From Macrostomum lignano (taxonomy: Eukaryota), in contig NIVC01003425.1 in NCBI GenBank assembly GCA_002269645.1, forward strand, positions 62,001 through 126,000: a stretch of DNA of 64,000 nucleotides, in the 5' to 3' direction. Of the stretch, positions 26,201 through 37,359 are shown piece by piece. Numbering within the stretch: position 1 is the first letter of the stretch; each line of letters opens with the position of its first letter. The position numbers and the translations under genes were made by a program. The notes under the pieces are model-generated. The model searched no databases and was not told the DNA's origin. It saw nothing but the letters and a program-made list of their open reading frames with translations.

Positions 26201-27566
26201 GCCTAAGCAGGAGCAGCAGAAGCCCAGTCTGAAGCGCGGGCCCCCGTCAGCTGGTGAGGTCGACAGCTCCGCCACTGCCTCCGGAGATGCCGGAACTGTC
26301 GGGCCGGAAGCCGGCGAGGACGAGGAGGAATCAACCAAGCCGAAGCGGCCCCGCCAAGAAGCTGCCGAAGGAGGCGACGATGCTCCACAGTCTGCGCCGT
26401 CTGAGGCGGAGATGGAGCAGGCAGCAGAGGCAGCCGAGCTGGCCGAAGATGCACAGCTGCAGCCGGAAGCCGAAGTCGACCAACCGGAAGTGGCTGCCGA
26501 ATTGAATTTGGAAGAATTCGTTGGTATGATGTCCGAGGAGGCTGGTGCTGATGAAGCTGAGAGGCTGGGCGAAGAGCTGGCTGACGAGCCCGAAGCCGCA
26601 GCAGAAGATTTCGCCGAAGTGGTTCACGATGAAGATGAGAACGCGGCGATGCGTGCCGAACCGCCGTCTGAGCACGGAGGACAGGATGACGTCATCGTGC
26701 TGGACGACGAGGAGGATGATGTCGATAACGATAAAGAACAGCCGCATGAAGAAGCTCAGGAGGCTGATGATGAAGCAGGTGAAGAAGCTGTCCCCGAGGA
26801 CGAGCCAGCGGGCAGCGCCAACGCAGACGAAACTTCGCAGTGCGACGCCGGAGGCGAAGAATTCGATGGCGCAGGAGACAGCGGAACCGGCGAATATGGC
26901 GGCGGTGCCGAAGATCACGAGGGACGCACCGATAGCGCCTCGGCCGCTCCTGGCGAGTTGACCATCACTTCGTCAGCTTCCAACACCCCCACTAGCGGCG
27001 CGCCGCCCGCCGTCTCCGCCGTCGCTCCGGTCACCGCTGTATCGCAGGCGTCGGTGCCGCCGCAGTCGCAGGCGTCGGTGGCGCCGCAGTCGCAGGCGTC
27101 GGTGCCGCCGCAGTCGCAGGCGTCGGTGGCACCGCAGTCGCAGGCGTCGGTGGCGCCGCAGTCGCAGGCGTCGGTGCTGCCGCAGTCGCAGGCGTCGGTG
27201 GCGCCGCAGTCGCAGGCGTCTGTGTCGCTGCCTCGCCGGCCTCGCATTGAGCCGATCGTCTGGACGCCAAATTCCGCCGAGGCCGAATCGTCGGCGACGT
27301 CTTCAGCGCCGACGCCAGGGACGGCTGGGACTTCGACTGCGCCGGTAGGTGCCGCGGCCGCTGCAGGGTCTGCTCTGCCTGCACCGCGCCGCGGCTGGGG
27401 CCAGCAGATGATGCGGCCGACCATGGCCGGCACTCGAGGAGGCATCGGCAGCGGGGTGGATCGCGGCGGCGCTGTCGGGGGCCGAGGAGGCGGGCAGCAG
27501 CAGCGCGGCTCAGGAGCTGGTCGAAGAGGAAGCCGACTGACGATTCAACGAAAGCGGCTGCCATGA
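12525..27566 (+). CDS. TPR: Nucleoprotein TPR / Megator / Mlp1 homolog, 10 exons, ~2107 aa
   Basis: Exons 12525-13062, 15018-15393, 16860-17460, 19066-19485, 20122-20730, 21464-22029, 22531-23080, 23355-23840, 24832-25194, 25752-27566. All introns are GT-AG with matching phases; total 6324 nt is divisible by 3. TPR-like segments recalled from human TPR: IDSEQQVFDAESR, KTLTQIYAEHVE..EEVQAKVPVIRRRQEE, VITSSLLTFADIRQLQQRN, QQRDMYK, KYQQELLLHAADA, QINLLTESNRLLR, RVQEVARKYK, acidic tail DDVIVLDDEEDD. Start uncertain (acceptor at 12479 upstream). Confidence 0.92.
13078..13999. repeat. ~28-33-bp minisatellite, TPR intron 1
   Basis: Unit gtgactgtgtgctcagcatagagtgccatttt(gtt). Confidence 0.95.
14389..14760. 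repeat. 35-bp minisatellite, TPR intron 1
   Basis: Unit gaatgcagcatccatatcccctagaatccccacct; starts at 14389 and 14424. Confidence 0.95.
15560..15990. repeat. (CT)n microsatellites with a ~207-bp tandem duplication, TPR intron 2
   Basis: ccatttgcgcctctcc...ggactgatccctc occurs at 15598 and 15805. Confidence 0.9.
16350..16830. repeat. 29-bp minisatellite, TPR intron 2
   Basis: Unit tgacccacaatgactcagtaggtactcta. Confidence 0.92.
17505..19025. repeat. Compound minisatellite (44-bp array then 21-bp array sharing the ccattgatcc core), TPR intron 3
   Basis: Period 44 over ~17505-18170; period 21 over ~18210-19020. Confidence 0.95.
19730..20060. repeat. 20/40-bp minisatellite, TPR intron 4
   Basis: gatcccaaatctcgctctga alternates with gatcccaattctcactttaa. 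Confidence 0.9.
20811..21362. repeat. 30-bp minisatellite, TPR intron 5
   Basis: Unit gtgagtagtcccctgtctcatcta(gg/ta)gtct, ~18 copies. Confidence 0.95.
22060..22500. repeat. Degenerate tgttgctatgc-type minisatellite, TPR intron 6
   Basis: Recurrent ctatgctgttg(t/c)catggtgttg units. Confidence 0.9.
23088..23310. repeat. (TCTG)n microsatellite, TPR intron 7
   Basis: Seen directly. Confidence 0.97.
24000..24805. repeat. 30-bp minisatellite, TPR intron 8
   Basis: Unit cttaatccgcctctagactcactctgtccc. Confidence 0.96.
25275..25695. repeat. 19-bp minisatellite, TPR intron 9
   Basis: Unit gagggatatcaatctgcct. Confidence 0.95.
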
Positions 27567-27649
27567 TCTGGCGACTTGTGTTTTTGTTTGTCTTTTTTGC
27601 TGTTGTTGTTTAAACTGCTGGATTGACACTTTGATGTGGTGAGAGTCAG

Positions 27650-28250
27650 TATATGAGACACAAGGTGAGATTTAGATTGATTTGCAGGTTGAGATTCAAA
27701 GTGAAATGTAGGGTGAGAATTAGGCAGATAGTTAGTGAGATTCAATGCAAGAATCAAAATGAGAATGGCCAGATTAATTATAAGATGCAGGGTGAGATTC
27801 GGTATAAGATGCAGAGTGAGATTCCGCATAAGATGCAGGGTGAGATTCCGCACAAGATGCAGGGTAAGACTCAGTATGGGATGCAGGGTGATATTAAGTA
27901 TGAAATTCAGGGTGAGATTCAGTATATTATACAGAGTGAGATTCAGTATGAAATTCAGGGTGAGATTCAGTATATTATGCAGAGTGAGATTCAGTATGAA
28001 ATTCAGGGTGAGATTCAGTATATTATGCAGAGTGAGATTCAGTATGAAATTCAGGGTGAGATTCAGTATATTATACAGAGTTAGATTCAGTATGAAATTC
28101 AGGGTGAGATTCAGTATATTATACAGAGTGAGATTCAGTATGAAATTCAGGGTGAGATTCAGTATATTATGCAGAGTGAGATTCAGTATGCGATACAGGT
28201 GAGAGTCAGTCTAAGATATAAGGTGAGATTACATGGTGAGATGCAGGGTG
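27650..28250. repeat. 24-bp-based minisatellite downstream of the TPR stop
   Basis: Units gagattcagtatgaaattcagggt and gagattcagtatattatgcagagt. Confidence 0.9.
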
Positions 28251-28629
28251 AGATTTCTCTTCAATTTTGAATTCGCAGCAGCAGCAGTAATTTATTAGTT
28301 TTAATTGCGGCAGAATGTGTTCGCCAGCTAATGATTAGCAAATCTTGAATTGCTTGTCTCAGTCTAAAAGCAAATAAAAGATCAGCCTGTAAAATATTTG
28401 TCAAACCCCGTGTGCAGCATTGCAATATCTGAATTTGTTTGCAAGTTTATTTTCTATAAGTATTCATTGTCTGAGTTGCTCCCAGCACCAACTGTTTATT
28501 TTGTTCTCTTTTTAGCTTCATCAGTTTAAGCGCTCCGTCATCAAACTGTGTTGCAGCCAATTTCTAAATGCGTTTGTGGTCTTCTTATTTACATTTTCGC
28601 TTATTACAGCAGTGTTCTAGATCTATAGA

Positions 28630-29360
28630 ATTGGTTGCTATTTAGTGTCAGTGACAGAATATTGTCAGCAGTTAGTGTCAGCAACTAGTGTCAGCAATTA
28701 GTGTCAGCAATTAGTGTCAGCAGCTAGCAGGATAGGATGCTCCTACAAGTGTCAGTAGCTACCGGTAGCAGGATAATTTGTAGTGTCAGTATAGGGATAT
28801 TATAGCAATTTTTGTCAGTGTAGGGATAAGTATCAGCATAGAGACACGTGTCAGCAGTTGGTGTCAGCATAGGGATAAGTAGTGTCAGCAGTCAGTGTCA
28901 GCATAGGGGTAAGTGTCAGCAGTCAGTGTCAGTATAGAGATGCGTGTCAGCAATTAGTGTCAGCATAGAGACAAGTGTCAGCAATCAGTGTCAGCAATCA
29001 GTGTCAGCATAGGGGTAAGTGTCAGCAATCAGTGTCAGCATAGGGATAAGTGTAAGCAGTCAGTGTCAGCATAGGGTCAAGTGTCAGCAATCAGTGTCAG
29101 CAATCAGTGTCAGCATAGAGACAAGTGTCAGCAATCAGTGTCAGCAATCAGTGTCAGCATAGGGATAAGTGTAAGCAGTCAGTGTCAGCATAGGGTCAAG
29201 TGTCAGCAATCAGTGTCAGCAATCAGTGTCAGCATAGGGATAAGTGTAAGCAGTCAGTGTCAGCATAGGGATAAGTGTCAGCAGTCAGTGTCAGCATAGA
29301 GTCAAGTGTCAGCAATCAGTGTCAGTATAGAGTCAAGTGTCGGCAATCAGTGTCAGTGCC
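28630..29360. repeat. agtgtcagca-core minisatellite upstream of the TRAF-like exon
   Basis: Repeated gtgtcagcaatca and gtgtcagcatagggataa units. Confidence 0.9.
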
Positions 29361-29373
29361 CTACAAACCGCAG

Positions 29374-31614
29374 CCACTCCCACGCATTCCCGCAGCTCCC
29401 ATCAGCATCGCCAGCTCCCCCAGCCGCCGTGGCCGTCGCTGGCCTCAGCGCCAGCGAACCCGCAGAGCCTGACGAGCCGGACTTTGTCAGCGCCCTGCCG
29501 GACAGGCTGAAGTGCCCCATCTGCCTCGGACACTTGAAGTCGCCGCTGCAGACCTGCTGCGGTCACCGCTTCTGCCGAGGCTGCTTCTTCTCTGCAGCCG
29601 CGGCCGCCACTGCCTCCACCACCACCTCCGGGGCAGCTTCAACAGTCCAGCAGGCGCCCCAGCTGCACCATCAGCACCTGCACCTTCATCACCACCAGCA
29701 GCATCATCAGTTCCAGCAGCCTCTGCCAGCTTCGGCAGCCGCAGCAGCAGCAGCTGCCGCCGCCGCAAGCCCGGCCTCTGTCGGCGCCCGCCGCGCCTGC
29801 CCGCTGTGCCGCTCGCCGATTCTCGACGTCGGGCCGTCGGCTGCTGGCCGCGGCGGCCTGACCGCTGGCGTGTTCAACGATCTGGCCACGGAGCGCGAGG
29901 TCCAGCAGCTGACGGTCCGATGCCCGCGCACCGGCTGCGGCGCCGCCATGGAGCTGGGCGGCCTGAGATCGCACCTGGCTACTGCCTGCCAGTTCGTGGA
30001 GGAGCTCTGCCCCGAGCAGTGCCAGGTGAGCAACCATAATTTTGCACATGCAAGCACCCAGTGTGAAACAGCACCCAATGTTCACCTGGCATCCAATGTA
30101 CACCCGGCACCCAATGTACATCCGGCACCCAATGTACACCCGGCACCCAATGTACACCCGGCACCCATTGTTCACCTGGCATCCAATGTACACCCGGCAC
30201 CCAATGTAAACCCGGCACCCAATGTACACCCAGCACCAGTGTACACCCAGCACCCAATGTACACCCGGCATCCAATGTACACCCAGCACCCAATGTACAC
30301 CCGGCACCCAATGTACACCCGGCACCCATTGTTCACCTGGCATCCAATGTACACCCGGCACCCAATGTAAACCCGGCACCCAATGTACACCCAGCACCAG
30401 TGTACACCCAGCACCCAATGTACACCCGGCATCCAATGTACACCCAGCACCCAATGTACACCCGGCACCCAATGTACACCCAGCACCCAATGTACACCCG
30501 GCACCCAATGTACACCCGGCACCCAATGTACACCCAGCACCCAATATACACCCGGTACCTAATGTTCACCTGGCATCCAATGTACACTCGGCACCCAATG
30601 TACACCCGGCACCCAATGTACACTCGGCACCCAATGTACACCCGGCACCCAATGTACACCCGGCACCCAATGTACACCCAGCACCCAATATACACCCGGT
30701 ACCTAATGTTCACCTGGCATCCAATGTACACTCGGCACCCAATGTACACCCGGCACCCAATGTACACTCGGCACCCAATGTACACCCGGTACCCAATGTA
30801 CGCCCGGCACCCATTGTTCACCTGGCATCCAATGTACACCCGGCACCCAATGTAAACCCGGCACCCAATGTACACCCAGCACCAGTGTACACCCAGCACC
30901 CAATGTACACCCGGCACCCAATGTACACCCGGCACCCAATGTACACCCAGCACCCAATGTACACCCGGCACCCAATGTACACCCGGCACCCAATGTACAC
31001 CCAGCACCCCGCCGATCATCCCGCAGTCCCGCATCCGCCGCTGCGACCTGGCCGCCCACCGAGCGGCCTGCCGGGAGCGCCAGGTGGCCTGCGTGTTCTG
31101 CTCCGCCTCGGTGCCCTACCGGCAGCTGAACTTTCACTACCTGTTCGGCTGCTCCAATTTCCCCATGCCGTGTCCGCACCGCTGCGGCCGGGTGCTGGCC
31201 GGCCATCAGCGCCTGCACGAGCACGTGGACCGCGCGTGCCCGCTCACCCTGGTGCTCTGCCCCTTCGCCAGCTTCGGCTGTCCGGCTGCCAATCGGCACA
31301 GGCGCGATCTCGGCCGCCACGTGGCCGAGGCTCACAGCTACCATCTGCAGTTGCTATGGCAACAGCAGCAGCATCCTCATCAGCAGCATCAGCAGCAGCA
31401 GCAGCAGCAGAGAGCCACCACAGCTGATCTGAACTGCATGCTGGACAAGCTGGTGGTGAACCTGCAGCAGCCGATGCAGTCACAGCAGCAGCAGATGTAC
31501 GCTGCTCAGCAACAACAGCAGCAAGCGGCTGCTCTGAGGAATCTTCTGCACCAACAACAACAGCAGCAGCAGCAACAGCAGCAGTACCAGCAGTACCAAC
31601 CCGCTTGGCGTTAA
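29374..31614 (+). CDS. TRAF-family-like RING finger plus TRAF-type zinc-finger protein, no MATH domain (exons 29374-30025, 31027-31614; 5' exon not found)
   Basis: RING CPICLGHLKSPLQTCCGHRFCRGC...CPLCR, then ATEREVQQLTVRCPRTGC, CPEQCQ|SRIRRCDLAAHRAAC, CPHRCG, CPFASFGC. Phase-0 intron gtgagc..ccgcag. Poly-Q tail and TAA at 31612-31614. Confidence 0.85.
30065..31005. repeat. 18-bp minisatellite in the TRAF-like intron
   Basis: Unit gcacccaatgtacacccg. Confidence 0.96.
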
Positions 31615-31979
31615 AATAAAGTGTCTCACCAGATCGAGCTAGTTGAGTCGAGGAGCCAATCGGCCAACCAGAACTGGCGCACTTTTATTTTTGGTTTTTT
31701 GTCGGATTTCAAGGAAACGCTTAATCAGTCCCAATAATTATCGTTTCAGTTATTAATTATTAGCTTATTATTAGCCGATATGTAGCCTGCGAGTGTAGAA
31801 TCCGCTTCCTGTCTTCTGGATTTTTCCGTTGCGTCAATCTGTCCTGAGGTTTTTGATTTCGCATCCTGGTTGATTTCTGTTAGAATATGGGAGACAGACC
31901 GCAGAGTGTTTAACCATATTCTCAGGCTGAGCTGCCTTACTGAAGAGCCCTGATGTAGTCCACACCGTTCCAGAAACTT

Positions 31980-32470
31980 AGTTGCTGGGCCAGCCTCCCA
32001 GATCCTCAGTTGCTGGGCCAGCCTCCCAGATCCTCAGTTGCTGGGCCAGCCTCCCAGATCCTCAGTTGCTGGGCCACCAGCCTCCCAGATCCTCATTTGC
32101 TGGGCCACCAGCCTCCCAGATCCTCAGTTGCTGGGCCACCAGCCTCCCAGATCCTCAGTTGCTAGGCCACCAGCCTCCCAGATCCTCAGTTGCTGGGCCA
32201 GCCTCCCAGATCCTCAGTTGCTGGGCCAGCCTCCCAGATCCTCAGTTTCTGGGCCACCAGCCTCCCAGATCCTCAGTTGCTGGGCCAGCCTCCCAGATCC
32301 TCAGTTGCTGGGCCACCAGCCTCCCAGATCCTCAGTTGCCTGGGCCACCAGCCTCCCAGATCCTCAGTTGCTGGGCCACCAGCCTCCCAGATCCTCAGTT
32401 GCTAGGCCACCAGCCTCCCAGATCCTCAGTTGCTGGGCCACCAGCCTCCCAGATCCTCAGTTGCTAGGCC
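31980..32470. repeat. ~27-31-bp minisatellite
   Basis: Unit gttgctgggcca(cca)gcctcccagatcctca. Confidence 0.93.
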
Positions 32471-34001
32471 AGCCTTCCAGAGCCTCAACCACAGCCCCTC
32501 TCTCCGTCTGTCTCTCAGTCTCACCCGCAGTCCTGGGGCAGAGGCGGTTCGCCTTGCTGTACCGGTCGGTCACTGCTTGAAGGTTCCAGCCTCCTGTGAT
32601 GACGTCATACCACTGGAAGCCGCATCTCACTTACGCCGCTTCTCAACTGACCATCCCTCAATCTGCTGCCAGCTCACTGATTCGCATCAAGTATTAATTA
32701 TTAATGCCTTGACTGCTCGCGCTGCGTTCGCGGCTCCTGGTGGGCCGAGCTTAATTTCTGTTAATAATTCTCTCCAATCTGCCGTAGGCTTCTGTTGTGC
32801 GTTTATTTGCTATAATATAAACTTTCTATAATTGCGTTTCTGCGTTTGGTTCTTGTTTTCAAATTGACAACTTGATTAGCTTGGTGTCCGCCTGATCCAG
32901 CTGCTCTGATGGATTTTTATACTATACAAAATCTGTATTGTAAGCGGTCTGTTTTGCACAAGTATCGGTCTGCTGTAATATTTTTACCTCTGTTTAATTG
33001 AGTCTGTTTCACCACTCGCTTATCCAATATGCAGTCTGCTGTTCTGGTGTGTTCTTATCATGTGTCCTGAGCTGCAGTGCTTTTCTTCGGTATTGATTTT
33101 AGGCGGGTGTCTATTCAAAAAATTAAATTTTGGTGTTTTTTATCGTCTAATCAAATTTTAAACACATTTTATTAAGCGTACTACTTTTGGTAGTAGTCTG
33201 TTGTGAATAGCGATTGTTTTTTTAGAAGTATCTCGGGTTTTTTGGTTGATTTCAAACTGACGCGCATCTTTTTAAGCTTTTTATCCGTTCTAAGCTAATT
33301 ATAAAAAATAATGTGTTGCTATTAAATAATTTTATGCTGGTTAATTACCTCTATTTATTAGGTGATTTTAGGATTTTAATTTGGGTCATTAAGCTTAATC
33401 ACGTAGTAAGGCTAAAGCTGTGTTTATTTACTAATCAGCTTGTTTTATATTTACAGGCTTTGTGACCCCACTGACCCCTCATCTGCAGGCTTTGTGACCC
33501 CCCTGACCCCCATTTACAGACTTTGTGACCCTCCCTGACCCCTCTTTTTCAGGTCATTGCTGACGCTCCTTGACCCCTCTGTCAGGTCATTGGTGACCCT
33601 CCTTGAACTAATTCCTAATTCAGTTATTTATAGTTTCATCTGGTTAAAAGTTTATCCTGGGTGTCCCTGAACTGCTCTTGCACTGTAGCCATAGACTGAC
33701 TGCTTTATCGAGTCTGTAGCTCCATGTACCCGCTTAGGCGATTTTTTACAAACCTTCACCAATTGGTCCGTGTGTATTTTTACCTTTTAATAATTTTTAA
33801 TTACATATTCTGTGCTTCTCCTAAAACATCGATATTATTCTGGTTTGTTAATTCAGTTTTAACTAGGTGATACTGGCTACTCACTGTTTAATTCTGAGCT
33901 GATGGAGTTTTAACTGTGCCTTTTTATGAATGCGATTGAATTGACTATTTGCTGAACTGTGCTGTCTGTTCTGATAACAGCCAATACTCGTCTTTATTAT
34001 G

Positions 34002-35659
34002 CAGGTAGAATTGCCCTTAGTCTACAGGTAGAATTGCCTTTAGTCTACAGGTAGAATTGCCCTTGGACTACAGGTAGAATTGCCCTTAGTCTACAGGTAG
34101 AATTGCCCTTGGTCTACAGGTAGAATTGCCCTTAGTCTACAGGTAGAATTGCCCTTAGTCTACAGGTAGAATTGCCCTTAGTCTACAGGTAGAATTGCCC
34201 TTAGTCTACAGGTAGAATTGCCCTTGGTCTACAGGTAGAATTGCCCTTAGTCTACAGGTAGAATTGCCCTTTGTCTACAGGTAGAATTGCCCTTAGTCTA
34301 CAGGTAGAATTGCCCTTTGTCTACAGGTAGAATTGCCCTAAGTCTACAGGTAGAATTGCCCTTAGTCTACAGGTAGAATTGCCCTTAGTCTACAGGTAGA
34401 ATTGCCCTTAGTCTACAGGTAGAATTGCCCTTAGTCTACAGGTAGAATTGCCCTTGGTCTACAGGTAGAATTGCCCTTAGTCTACAGGTAGAATTGCCCT
34501 TAGTCTACAGGTAGAATTGCCCTTAGTCTACAGGTAGAATTGCCCTTAGTCTACAGGTAGAATTGCCCTTAGTCTACAGGTAGAATTGCCCTTAGTCTAC
34601 AGGTAGAATTGCCCTTAGTCTACAGGTAGAATTGCCCTTAGTCTACAGGTAGAATTGCCCTTAGTCTACAGGTAGAATTGCCCTTAGTCTACAGGTAGAA
34701 TTGCCCTTAGTCTACAGGTAGAATTGCCCTTGGTCTACAGGTAGAATTGCCCTTAGTCTACAGGTAGATTTGCCCTTAGTCTACAGGTAGAATTGCCCTT
34801 AGTCTACAGGTAGAATTGCCCTTAGTCTACAGGTAGAATTGCTCTTAGTCTACAGGTAGAATTGCCCTTAGTCTACAGGTAGAATTGCCCTTAGTCTACA
34901 GGTAGAATTGCCCTTGATCTACAGGTAGAATTGCCTTTAGTCTACAGGTAGAATTGCCCTTGGTCTACAGGTAGAATTGCCCTTAGTCTACAGGTAGAAT
35001 TGCCCTTAGTCTACAGGTAGAATTGCCCTTAGTCTACAGGTAGAATTGCCCTTAGTCTACAGGTAGAATTGCCCTTAGTCTACAGGTAGAATTGCTCTTA
35101 GTCTACAGGTAGAATTGCCCTTAGTCTACAGGTAGAATTGCCCTTAGTCTACAGGTAGAATTGCCCTTGATCTACAGGTAGAATTGCCTTTAGTCTACAG
35201 GTAGAATTGCCCTTGGTCTACAGGTAGAATTGCCCTTAGTCTACAGGTAGAATTGCCCTTGATCTACAGGTAGAATTGCCTTTAGTCTACAGGTAGAATT
35301 GCTCTTAGTCTACAGGTAGAATTGCCCTTAGTCTACAGGTAGAATTGCCCTTAGTCTACAGGTAGAATTGCCCTTGATCTACAGGTAGAATTGCCTTTAG
35401 TCTACAGGTAGAATTGCCCTTGGTCTACAGGTAGAATTGCCCTTAGTCTACAGGTAGAATTGCCCTTGATCTACAGGTAGAATTGCCTTTAGTCTACAGG
35501 TAGAATTGCCCTTAGTCTACAGGTAGAATTGCCCTTGATCTACAGGTAGAATTGCCCTTAGTCTACAGTAGAATTGCTCTTAGTCTACAGGTAGAATTGC
35601 CCTTAGTCTACAGGTAGAATTGCTCTTAGTCTACAGGTAGAATTGCTCTTAGTCTACAG
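34002..35659. repeat. 23-bp minisatellite, ~70 copies
   Basis: Unit gtagaattgcccttagtctacag. Confidence 0.97.
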
Positions 35660-36159
35660 AATTATCAGCAAACCAGGCGGCACAGTTAATAAAATTCAAC
35701 CATTAGAAAGCTTAATAACTATTATTTGTTTAGTCTAACCAACTGATAACTGGCTGTTGTTATTCAATAAGGTAGCATAACATTATTATACTTTATTAAT
35801 TACATTAATATAGACTTTCTGGCACGTTCGAATTGATTAAACTAAATTTCAGCATATTAGCACTGTAGCTGTTGGGGCTGATTCCTCGATTCTTGTGTCT
35901 GCGCTTTTCTTACTCTTTAATAAAACTTTTTATTTTCTCTTGATCCATCGTTGGATCCTGTGGGATTTAGTAATTCTTTCTTTATTATTCAACAATAAAT
36001 AAATGTTTATGTATGTAGTGGCTCACCTGCTCTTTGTGTCTCCTATTCGCAGAACTGATTTTACTGTTGCACACAGGACCTTCAATTCTTGACGCGTTTG
36101 GAGTTTGTTTAGTGCAGTTCATTTTTCATCTCTGTTGGCATCATTGACGCGATGGATCA

Positions 36160-36745
36160 GTGATGAGTTGCTGAGATGCCATGGCTCAGTGATGAGTTGC
36201 TGAGATGCCATGGATCAGTGATGAGTTGCTGAGATGCCATGGATCAGTGATGAGTTGCTGGGATGCCATGGATCAGTGATGAGTTGCTGAGATGCCATGG
36301 CTCAGTGATGAGTTGCTGGGATGCCATGGATCAGTGGGGAGTTGCTGAGATGCCATGGATCAGTGGGGAGTTGCTGAGATGCCATGGATCAATGGGGAGT
36401 TGCTGAAATGCCATGGATCATTGGGGAGTTGCTGAAATGCCATGGATCATTGGGGAGTTGCTGAAATGCCATGGATCATTGGGGAGTTGCTGAGATGCCA
36501 TGGCTCAGTGGCGAGTTGGTGAGATGCCATGGATCAGTGGGGAGTTGCTGAGATGCCATGGATCAGTGGGGAGTTGCTGAAATGCCATGGATCATTGGGG
36601 AGTTGCTGAAATGCCATGGATCATTGGGAAGTTGTTGAAATGCCATGGATCAGTGGGGAGTTGCTGAAATGCCATGGATCAGTGGAAGTTGCTGAGATGT
36701 CAATTGGCTCAATGGGGAGTTGCTGAGATGCCATGGCTCAATGGG
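36160..36745. repeat. ~28-30-bp gagttgctgagatgccatgg minisatellite family, copy 1
   Basis: Same family recurs at ~42995-43245 and ~44125-44670. Confidence 0.93.
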
Positions 36746-36749
36746 GAGT

Positions 36750-36930
36750 TGCTGACACTGCTGAGTACACGGGGGTAAATGCCGCGGTCAGAGCCGTGGC
36801 GGAGCAAGCGACCCCGTTGATGCGACCGGCCCAACGTAAGCAGCCGGTCTTTCAGGATGAACCTACGATTCGGCAAATGAGGGCAGAGCTGGAGAGGCTC
36901 CTTCTGAGCAGGCGGCTAACTCGTGAGGGA
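36750..36930 (+). mobile_element. Possible LINE ORF2 linker fragment
   Basis: VNAAVRAVAEQATPLMRPAQRKQPVFQDEPTIRQMRAELE resembles the endonuclease-to-RT linker of non-LTR elements; weak. Confidence 0.3.
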
Positions 36931-37294
36931 ACTCGTGAGACCAGCTGATGAAGTCTTCACTTCATACATAACCATAATAATAATAATAATAGAGGCAGGG
37001 GGGTTGTGTGCACCCTGGCGCACTTTAAGCGACATAGGCACACAACCGGCGAGAGGCATTACTGCCCATTCCGCCGACTCCCCTGAGCAGGCACACAAGC
37101 GCGCGGATACGTACGCAGGCACACACTCACACAGGAGTGTACAGCGGCCCTAACTTTATATTATCGTTAGGCATGTACACTTCACGTCTTCACTGCGCCT
37201 TGGGGGGGGGGGGGGGGGTTGGCTCTCAAGGCCGTTAATTGCACGAGCAGAGCCAAGCCGAGATTCCAATTTAGCCCCAAATTAATGTGACTGC

Positions 37295-37359
37295 ACTTGG
37301 AATCGAGCCTGGGTCGCTGGCACACCAGAGCAGCTGCGCTACCGCTGGGCTACGGCCCC
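37295..37359 (-). mobile_element. tRNA-derived SINE head
   Basis: Minus strand ggggccgTAGCCCAGCGGtagcgcagctgctctggtgtgccagcgacccaGGCTCGATTCC: A box and variant B box. Confidence 0.75.

Noticed and set aside
34002-35659. CRISPR array
   Set aside because: Units are contiguous with no unique spacers, there are no cas genes, and the context is eukaryotic. The same applies to all other arrays.
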